A DNA stretch of 64,000 nucleotides from Macrostomum hystrix. Its lineage: Eukaryota > Animalia > Platyhelminthes. The stretch lies in contig CATNEN010000013.1 of assembly GCA_950097015.1 (NCBI GenBank), positions 855,895-919,894 on the forward strand, written 5' to 3'. Made by a program: the position numbers and the translations under genes. Below the pieces are notes generated by a model. The model searched no databases. It had not been told where the DNA came from and saw nothing but the letters and a program-made list of their open reading frames with translations. Position 1 is the stretch's first letter, and every line of letters starts with the position of its first letter. This document shows, in pieces, positions 37,605-48,500 of this stretch.

Positions 37605-39830
37605 AAATGACTCAAATAATCCTCAAATGACTCTCCTGATCCTCAAATGACTCTCCTGATCCTCAAATGACTCTCCTGATCCTCAAATGACTCTCCTGAT
37701 CCTCAAATGACTCTCCTGATCCTCAAATGACTCTCCTGATCCTCAAATGACTATCATGATGCTCAAATGACACCCCATGATCCTCAAATGACTCTCCTGA
37801 TACTCAAATGACTCTCCTGATACTCAAATGACTCTCCTGATCCTCAAATGACTCTCCTGATCCTCAAATGACTATCATGATCCTCAAATGACTCTCCTGA
37901 TCCTCAAATGACTATCATGATGCTCAAATGACACCCCATGATCCTCAAATGACTCTCCTGATACTCAAATGACTCTCCTGATACTCAAATGACTCTCCTG
38001 ATCCTTAAATGACTCTCCTGATCCTCAAATGACTCTCCTGATCCTCAAATGACTATCATGATGCTCAAATGACACCCCATGATCCTCAAATGACTCTCCT
38101 GATACTCAAATGACTCTCCTGATACTCAAATGACTCTCCTGATCCTCAAATGACTCTCCTGATCCTCAAATGACTATCATGATCCTCAAATGACTCTCCT
38201 GATCCTCAAATGACTCTCCTGATACTCAAATGACTCTCCTGATACTCAAATGACTCTCCTGATCCTCAAATGACTCTCCTGATCCTCAAATGACTATCAT
38301 GATGCTCAAATGACACCCCATGATCCTCAAATGATTCTCCTGATACTCAAATGACTCTCCTGATACTCAAATGACTCTCCTGATCCTCAAATGACTCTCC
38401 TGATCCTCAAATGACTATCATGATCCTCAAATGACTCTCCTGATCCTCAAATGACTCTCCTGATACTCAAATGACTCTCCTGATCCTCAAATGACTCTCC
38501 TGATCCTCAAATGACTATCATGATGCTCAAATGACACCCCATGATCCTCAAATGACTCTCCTGATACTCAAATGACTCTCCTGATACTCAAATGACTCTC
38601 CTGATCCTCAAATGACTCTCCTGATCCTCAAATGACTATCATGATGCTCAAATGACACCCCATGATCCTCAAATGACTCTCCTGATACTCAAATGACTCT
38701 CCTGATACTCAAATGACTCTCCTGATCCTCAAATGACTCTCCTGATCCTCAAATGACTATCATGATCCTCAAATGACTCTCCTGATCCTCAAATGACTAT
38801 CATGATGCTCAAATGACACCCCATGATCCTCAAATTACTCTCCTGATCCTTAAATGACTCTCCTGATCCTCAAATGACTCTCCTGATACTCAAATGACTC
38901 TCCTGATACTCAAATGACTCTCCTGATCCTCAAATGACTCTCCTGATCCTCAAATGACTATCATGATCCTCAAATTACTCTCCTGATCCTTAAATGACTC
39001 TCCTGATCCTTAAATGACTCTCCTGATCCTTAAATGACTGTCACAATCCTCAAATGACGCTCATCATCCTCAAATTATTAAAATAATAATTCTCCTAATC
39101 CTTCCATGATCATCAAATGACTTTCACAATCCTTAAATGTCCCCTATGATCCTCAAATGCATATCATGATACTTAAATGACTCTCTTGATCCTTAAATGA
39201 CTGTCACAATCCTCAAATAACTCTCCTGATCCTTAAATGACTCTACTGGTCCTCAAATGACTCAAATGACTCAAATGATCCTCAAATGACTCAAATGATC
39301 CTCAAATGACTCTAATGATCCTCAAATGACTCAAATGATCCTCAAATGACTCTAATGATCCTCAAATGACTCAAATTATCCTCAAATGACTCTAATGATC
39401 CTCAAATGACTCTAATGATCCTCAAATGACTCAAATGATCCTCAAATGACTCTAATGATCCTCAAATGACTCAAATGATCCTCAAATGACTCTAATGATC
39501 CTCAAATGACTCAAATGATCCTCAAATGACTTCCGTCATCCTTAAATGACTCAAATGATCCTCAAATGATCCTCAAATGATCCTCAAATGATCCTCAAAT
39601 GATCCTCAAATGATCCTGAAATGATCCTCAAATGACTCAAATGATCCTCAAATGACTCAAATGATCCTCAAATGACTCAAATGATCCTCAAATGACTCCC
39701 GTCATCCTCAAATGACTCAAATGATCCTCAAATGACTCCCGTCATCCTCAAATGACTCAAATGATCCTCAAATGACTTCCGTCATCCTCAAATGACTCCC
39801 ATGATTGCAAAATGAGTCCCATGATCCTAA
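37605..39830. repeat. 20-bp minisatellite (GATCCTCAAATGACTCTCCT) with variant subdomains
   Basis: Direct periodicity; unit variants change toward 39250-39800. Confidence 0.95.
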
Positions 39831-41058
39831 AATGAATTTAAGTTACTGTTTTTTTAAATAGTTTTTAACTAGTACGACACCTGTTTTTAAACTAAAAGTA
39901 ACTAGATAATTACTATTTAACATAATAAATGATGGTTCACTCAAATTTCATTTTTTGATCACGCAAGACTTTCAATTGATCATTTTGTTTGTCTGTTGTC
40001 AAACGCGAGCCTGGCACCCGCACAAACATCAAAGGGTTTGTCTTCCGTTTTTTCTCTCTAAAGTTTGACTCTCACTTCAGAATAATTTGATATTAGTCGC
40101 TGACATTTATATAACCCTTCTTTACAACTTGTGCAGATACAAAAAGACACACGCACACAGAGACTCAATTAAGAATTCAAATTATTTAACACGGGTATGG
40201 ACATATTTTTTGTTCTAGAGAATGGTGTCACGCGAAAATACGATACTTAACGGGTCTCAGTGCTATACCTGATCTTTTATATTATATCGCGGGCCATAGC
40301 AACCGTGCACAATATGCCACGGAGACCGAGCTCTGCAAACTCCAAGCGCGCATCTTTGCTGACATTTTCGGAATTTGGGGGAGGCCCCGTACGTATAGCA
40401 ACCAATATTAGCGGATTGGAGCGGAAGTGGAAATGAGATCAGAATTCTAAATCTGGTTGTTAAGATGCGCGTTGAAATTAATAATTAATTTCTTTGATTT
40501 CATCATCATTTCTTTCGGATGCAAAATCTTAGATAGTCAAATTATTATTTTTTTCATCCAAGCCTTATCCCTGAATAAGCAGCTGATCACGCAACACACA
40601 GCTATATGCATATAATACTCACACACATTGATGAGCACCGAATGAGCAACTAGTAACGTTATTAAATTACTCTACAAATTATGGATGTCACTTTGGTCAA
40701 GATAAATTTGTTAGAAAAAACATCTATGCCGCAATGTGAAAAAAGCAGTGGATAATTACTGCGCATACAAATTTGAGTATCAAATTGCTCAACTGTCCCA
40801 TATACGAGTATTATGTTGCGCTTCTTTCGATGAAACAATAATAAGTATATAGTAGTAATTTGACTCAGAAAATAATGATGGAGATTGAATTCTGATAGCA
40901 AACGCATAGTCTCAATAAATAATCATGGCCGATAAAAAAAGATTAATAAAGCTTTATCTTAGGGACAGATGGTGCTCTGTTGATAGAACAAAACCGGTCC
41001 GGCTTTTTTCAGTGCCAAATAAAAGAAAAACTTTATTGGTTTATCTCACGACAGACTG

Positions 41059-41111
41059 GTGTGTGTGAGTGTGTGTGTGAGTGTGTGTGTGAGTGTGTGT
41101 GTGAGTGTGTG
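41059..41111 (+). repeat. (GAGTGTGTGTGT)n 12-mer microsatellite, left flank of the YR element
   Basis: A at 41068, 41080, 41092 and 41104 gives period 12. Confidence 0.95.
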
Positions 41112-42412
41112 CAGATGCATAGCCCACTTATTGGGACTCGCGTATGCATAGTGACCCGTGCTCTTGGGCCGAAATAAGTGTTGGGCCAGGCCCAAGAAGT
41201 GCGTCCAACACTGCCAAAAATTTGGAGCTATTAGGAAAAAAAAATATCCACTGAAACCGCATTTTTTTTGTCCAAAAGAAAAAATTCATTTTTTTCATTT
41301 GCAATTGAAGATTTTTTATTAATCTAATAATAATTGCTGGCCCAATAATGTGAAAACTGATGCAAACAAACGTAACTGACCCAATAGTGTTGTTCGGACA
41401 AAATGCGAATTATGTGCTCTAGCATTTTTGAATCGAATTTTCAAAGCCGCTACTGATAGTAGTATTTTCGAATTCGTTTTAGGCGGCTCGCTTTTAAAAC
41501 TCGCGTTCAATGAGACTGACTCCCCTCTGTATTTCTAATGCACAGTGGCTGTGTGACTAGGAAGTAATGAATGTTACGTTGATTGTGAAACTGTACTTCT
41601 GTCCATAAAAATCCCCGACTGCAACTGAATGTGCAGGTATAGCCTTTTAGTTATTTACAATTTATAACGCTAGTTACAGGATGGAGGGTGGGAGCTTTGT
41701 TTGACGACAGAATGCAAAATCTAGAATATTCATGCGTTCATATTAGAGATTTTAACACAGTTAAAATTATTGTATTATTCGTAGTGCAATGCAAAAGAGC
41801 TATGCGCTTTTAAAGATTTAGTATTTTAGCATTGTCGCATTAGACATTACTAAATTCCCAAATATTTATCTACCAATTTAAAAGAACTTTTAACTAAGAT
41901 TCAAATTCACTTATGGAGTCCAGAAGCTGACTAAACAGAACAGTGAGAACTCATACTCCTAAAATGAAAACATTTTTGCTCAATGAATCAAAGGCATCGA
42001 TTCTACAAGAATCAAATTCCAGATGACAAGTTGTGGCACTATGTATTGCCTATATTTTACTAGCGCGCAGCTCTTAAAGGCTGTCTTCAAAATGCCATCA
42101 GTTTATCACACATGCAGACTTATGCCTATGGATCATTTAAAAGGGCCTCGTGTTCTGGGGTTGTTGTTGTTGACCTGAAAGTGTTGGGACAGCCTATTGG
42201 GGGGCTCTTGCTCTATCCACTGAATTAATCGATAACGCCCCATCTACATTTAATTGGACGCCTTGTTTCACACCCTGTACAATTTCACAAACCCCTAAAA
42301 TCTTTTACCCGTCTGAACCAGTAAGAAATGAACGACATACAAGCCCTACTAAGCCAAAGAGGGTGGACCCCTGTTCTGTCTTTATTAGCCTAAAAAAAAC
42401 TAGTGAAAAGCT

Positions 42413-42540
42413 TTTTAAGTGACTGCTTCGATCCTTAGTATTTTAAGTGACTGCTTCGATCCTTAGTATTTTAAGTGACTGCTTCGATCCTTAGTATTTT
42501 AAGTGACTGCTTCGATCCTTAGTATTTTAAGTGACTGCTT
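42413..42540. repeat. 28-bp repeat x4.5 (TTTTAAGTGACTGCTTCGATCCTTAGTA) ending 9 nt before the YR-gene ATG
   Basis: Direct copies at period 28. Confidence 0.93.
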
Positions 42541-42549
42541 GTCGCCACA

Positions 42550-45500
42550 ATGAGGCGACAAGCGAACAAGAAGGGAAGAAAGAAAAAGAAAGACTCTTCA
42601 GAATCAGAATACCATCCGAACTTTCGCGTGGAAGTAAGGTTCGACAAGAGGCACCCATCTTATGGCCAAACGAATGTTGTATATTTGAAAGACTTGACAT
42701 ACTCGGGCAAGCTGTGCCATGGCACCAGAGTCTCAATGGCTTGGAAAGCGAAGGAGTGGTTCGGTACCGTCACAAATATGTAAGTAGCAAATTACTTTCC
42801 AACATTTGTCTTTCTTTGTTCGCTTAACATTTTGAGACCACTAGCCAAAAGCAATTTTGATTTTCGGAACACTGCTTTGCAGATATGTCGACGTTGATCC
42901 GCTTCCAGCTGGTGCAGTTACCTCGGGACTTCGCACTACACTAACAGGTAGGCGGCGAATAAACTTCTGGAATTCACTGAATCAAAAAGCCTATAGCGTA
43001 TAGATATATTTCACCTAAAAGAGATGCAATATGCTTTATGCAGTTTAGGGAATATGAACGTACTCGAACTTAAATTTGATTTCGTGAAATTTACGGAATA
43101 TAAAACGCGCCTTTATAAAGAGCATCAAGAACTGTACATTTCGATGCAATCCCAATCTACGATCATTACAGCTGAAGAACTTAGTCAAGGCAAAACTCCC
43201 GGCGATTGCTTTGAGGACTATTATATTGGTAAGTAATAAAAGCATTGTCACCAAAATTAAGAAAAAACCCGATTCGATTCGATATTAAAAAACTCACACG
43301 TTACAGAAAAGGAGAAGGAGTACATAAATAAACAACTCAGCGAAAAATCCAGTCAGTCCAAGAGAGAAAACTACGCTGATTCTGAGAGACAAGTCAGCTG
43401 CCTTGATTCGCTTCCTCCTGCAGCTTCACACACTGCCAAACTGGACGATCTCAGCAGCGCCTCCAATCGATCCGCTGATTCTGAGAGACAAGTCAGCTGC
43501 CTTGATTCGCTTCCTCCTGCAGCTTCACAGACTGCCAAACTGGACTATCTCAGCAGCGCCTCAAATCGATCCGCTGATTCTGAGAGACAAGTCAGCTGCC
43601 TTGATTCGCTTCCTCCTGCAGCTTCACACACTGCCAAACTGGACGATGTTAGCAGCGCCTCCGATCGACCTGGTGAGTCCCGCTTGACAATGCCATATGA
43701 ATAAGAGCTAAAACAGACCAATTTCAGCATTGAAATATTAAAAACGCATTTCCTGGAACACTGCTGAAAGACACTAAACAGTCGGCATTTTTCAGCTTAG
43801 AAGACAGGGCATTGTTGGGACATGCAGTTCAAAGTGTGTTCTGATAAAACAGGGCATTTTTAGGACATGCAGAACAAAGTGTGTCGCGATAAAACAGGGC
43901 ATTGTTGGGACATGCAGATCAAAGTGTGTTTCGATTCAACAGGGCATTGTTGGGACACAAGAGATTATGTAAAGTGCATGCAGGAGATAAAAGTGTTCAA
44001 TGTTTTCTCCCTTGTGTGCAGATTCGGTTGCTAAGGAAAAGAAGAAGCGAGGCAGCAGCGGCAACGGCCCTTCGGCTCCAAAGTCTGTCAAATTTGACGA
44101 TGTCAGCGGCGCCTCAAATCGATCCGCTAATTCTGAGAGCGGAAGCGTCGGTGTCGATTCGCTTCCTTCTGCAGCTTCACACACTGCCAAACTGGACGAT
44201 CTCAGCAGCGCCTCCAATCGATCCGCTGATTCTGAGAGACAAGTCAGCTGCATTGATTCGTTTCCTCCTGCAGCTTCACACACTGCCAAACTGGACGATC
44301 TCAGCAGCGCCTCCAATCGATCCGCTGATTATGAGAGACAAGTCAGCTGCCTTGATTCGCTTCCTCCTGCAGCTTCACAGACTGCCAAACTGGACTATCT
44401 CAGCAGCGCCTCAAATCGATCCGCTGATTCTGAGAGACAAGTCAGCTGCCTTGATTCGCTTCCTCCTGCAGCTTCACACACTGCCAAACTGGACGATGTT
44501 AGCAGCGCCTCCGATCGACCTGGTGAGTCCCGCTTGACAATGCCATATGAATAAGAGCTAAAACAGACCAATTTCAGCATTGAAATATTAAAAACGCATT
44601 TCCTGGAACACTGCTGAAAGACACTAAACAGTCGGCATTTTTCAGCTTAGAAGACAGGGCATTGTTGGGACATGCAGTTCAAAGTGTGTTCTGATAAAAC
44701 AGGGCATTTTTAGGACATGCAGAACAAAGTGTGTCGCGATAAAACAGGGCATTGTTGGGACATGCAGATCAAAGTGTGTTTCGATTCAACAGGGCATTGT
44801 TGGGACACAAGAGATTATGTAAAGTGCATGCAGGAGATAAAAGTGTTCAATGTTTTCTCCCTTGTGTGCAGATTCGGTTGCTAAGGAAAAGAAGAAGCGA
44901 GGCAGCAGCGGCAACGGCCCTTCGGCTCCAAAGTCTGTCAAATTTGACGATGTCAGCGGCGCCTCAAATCGATCCGCTAATTCTGAGAGCGGAAGCGTCG
45001 GTGTCGATTCGCTTCCTTCTGCAGCTTCACAGACTGCCAAACTGGACGATCTCAGCAGCGCCTCCAATCGATCCGCTGATTATGAGAGACAAGTCAGCTG
45101 CATTGATTCGTTTCCTCCTGCAGCTTCACACACTGCCAAACTGGACGATCTCAGCAGCGCCTCCAATCGATCCGCTGATTATGAGAGACAAGTCAGCTGC
45201 CTTGATTCGCTTCCTCCTGCAGCTTCACACACTGCCAAACTGGACGATCTCAGCAGCGCCTCCAATCGATCCGCTGATTCTGAGAGACAAGTCAGCTGCC
45301 TTGATTCGCTTCCTCCTGCAGCTTCACACACTGCCAAACTGGACGATGTTAGCAGCGCCTCCGATCGACCTGGTGAGTCCCGCTTGACAATGCCATATGA
45401 ATAAGAGCTAAAACAGACCAATTTTAGCATTGAAATATTAAAAACGCATTTCCTGGAACACTGCTGAAAGACACTAAACAGTCGGCATTTTTCAGCTTAG

Positions 45501-48500
45501 AAGACAGGGCATTGTTGGGACATGCAGTTCAAAGTGTGTTCTGATAAAACAGGGCATTTTTAGGACATGCAGAACAAAGTGTGTCGCGATAAAACAGGGC
45601 ATTGTTGGGACATGCAGATCAAAGTGTGTTTCGATTCAACAGGGCATTGTTGGGACACAAGAGATTATGTAAAGTGCATGCAGGAGATAAAAGTGTTCAA
45701 TGTTTTCTCCCTTGTGTGCAGATTCGGTTGCTAAGGAAAAGAAGAAGCGAGGCAGCAGCGGCAACGGCCCTTCGGCTCCAAAGTCTGTCAAATTTGACGA
45801 TGTCAGCGGCGCCTCAAATCGATCCGCTAATTCTGAGAGCGGAAGCGTCGGTGTCGATTCGCTTCCTTCTGCAGCTTCACAGACTGCCAAACTGGACGAT
45901 CTCAGCAGCGCCTCCAATCGATCCGCTGATTCTGAGAGACAAGTCAGCTGCATTGATTCGTTTCCTCCTGCAGCTTCACACACTGCCAAACTGGACGATG
46001 TTAGCAGCGCCTCCGATCGACCTGGTGAGTCCCGCTTGACAATGCCATATGAATAAGAGCTAAAACAGACCAATTTTAGCATTGAAATATTAAAAACGCA
46101 TTTCCTGGAACACTGCTGAAAGACACTAAACAGTCGGCATTTTTCAGCTTAGAAGACAGGGCATTGTTGGGACATGCAGTTCAAAGTGTGTTCTGATAAA
46201 ACAGGGCATTTTTAGGACATGCAGAACAAAGTGTGTCGCGATAAAACAGGGCATTGTTGGGACATGCAGATCAAAGTGTGTTTCGATTCAACAGGGCATT
46301 GTTGGGACACAAGAGATTATGTAAAGTGCATGCAGGAGATAAAAGTGTTCAATGTTTTCTCCCTTGTGTGCAGATTCGGTTGCTAAGGAAAAGAAGAAGC
46401 GAGGCAGCAGCGGCAACGGCCCTTCGGCTCCAAAGTCTGTCAAATTTGACGATGTCAGCGGCGCCTCAAATCGATCCGCTAATTCTGAGAGCGGAAGCGT
46501 CGGTGTCGATTCGCTTCCTTCTGCAGCTTCACAGACTGCCAAACTGGACGATCTCAGCAGCGCCTCCAATCGATCCGCTGATTCTGAGAGACAAGTCAGC
46601 TGCATTGATTCGTTTCCTCCTGCAGCTTCACACACTGCCAAACTGGACGATCTCAGCAGCGCCTCCAATCGATCCGCTGATTATGAGAGACAAGTCAGCT
46701 GCCTTGATTCGCTTCCTCCTGCAGCTTCACACACTGCCAAACTGGACGATCTCAGCAGCGCCTCCAATCGATCCGCTGATTATGAGAGACAAGTCAGCTG
46801 CCTTGATTCGCTTCCTCCTGCAGCTTCACACACTGCCAAACTGGACGATCTCAGCAGCGCCTCCAATCGATCCGCTGATTCTGAGAGACAAGTCAGCTGC
46901 CTTGATTCGCTTCCTCCTGCAGCTTCACACACTGCCAAACTGGACGATGTTAGCAGCGCCTCCGATCGACCTGGTGAGTCCCGCTTGACAATGCCATATG
47001 AATAAGAGCTAAAACAGACCAATTTTAGCATTGAAATATTAAAAACGCATTTCCTGGAACACTGCTGAAAGACACTAAACAGTCGGCATTTTTCGGCTTA
47101 GAAGACAGGGCATTGTTGGGACATGCAGTTCAAAGTGTGTTCTGATAAAACAGGGCATTTTTAGGACATGCAGAACAAAGTGTGTCGCGATAAAACAGGG
47201 CATTGTTGGGACATGCAGATCAAAGTGTGTTTCGATTCAACAGGGCATTGTTGGGACACAAGAGATTATGTAAAGTGCATGCAGGAGATAAAAGTGTTCA
47301 ATGTTTTCTCCCTTGTGTGCAGATTCGGTTGCTAAGGAAAAGAAGAAGCGAGGCAGCAGCGGCAACGGCCCTTCGGCTCCAAAGTCTGTCAAATTTGACG
47401 ATGTCAGCGGCGCCTCAAATCGATCCGCTAATTCTGAGAGCGGAAGCGTCGGTGTCGATTCGCTTCCTTCTGCAGCTTCACAGACTGCCAAACTGGACGA
47501 TCTCAGCAGCGCCTCCAATCGATCCGCTGATTCTGAGAGACAAGTCAGCTGCATTGATTCGTTTCCTCCTGCAGCTTCACACACTGCCAAACTGGACGAT
47601 CTCAGCAGCGCCTCCGATCGATCCGCTGATTCTGAGAGACAAGTCAGCTGCCTTGATTCGCTTCCTCCTGCAGCTTCACACACTGCCAAACTGGACGATG
47701 TTAGCAGCGCCTCCGATCGACCTGGTGAGTCCCGCTTGACAATGCCATATGAATAAGAGCTAAAACAGACCAATTTCAGCATTGAAATATTAAAAACGCA
47801 TTTCCTGGAACACTGCTGAAAGACACTAAACAGTCGGCATTTTTCAGCTTAGAAGACAGGGCATTGTTGGGACATGCAGTTCAAAGTGTGTTCTGATAAA
47901 ACAGGGCATTTTTAGGACATGCAGAACAAAGTGTGTCGCGATAAAACAGGGCATTGTTGGGACATGCAGATCAAAGTGTGTTTCGATTCAACAGGGCATT
48001 GTTGGGACACAAGAGATTATGTAAAGTGCATGCAGGAGATAAAAGTGTTCAATGTTTTCTCCCTTGTGTGCAGATTCGGTTGCTAAGAAAAAAAAGAAGC
48101 GAGGCAGCAGCGGCAACGGCCCTTTGGCTCCAAAGTCTGTCAAATTTGACGATGTCAGCAGCGCCTCTGATCGATCACCTGAGTTCAGGGGCAACGTCGG
48201 GACAGGCGTGATGTTTGAGAAGTTGTCTTTTGTTGGCCATTCTCAATGTTCTATTGAGGCTGACGCATTTTTGGGCGTGGCAGATGATGCTGCAACGTTT
48301 GCTCTTCTTGAACCAGTTACTGCAACGTTTACTCGAAGTGGATTGTCTTTTGCTGCTGGTTGCGGTGACCCGTATGCTTTGTCACCGTGTGACTCAGCCC
48401 AAGGCCTGGTGGATTCTGACTGTAATCTGGTTAATTGTGAACTAACCGAAGTTCCTGTCGAACATGTTTTACGTGATTTTAGCGATCTATCAATGCCATC

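Noticed and set aside
43403-47782. IRFLLQLHTLPNWT... and antisense ORFs in the modules
   Set aside because: Alternate frames of the repeated exons; the splice-consistent frame is the ADSERQV frame.
43370-48170. CRISPR-like array
   Set aside because: Repeats are contiguous coding units without unique spacers; eukaryotic context, no cas genes.
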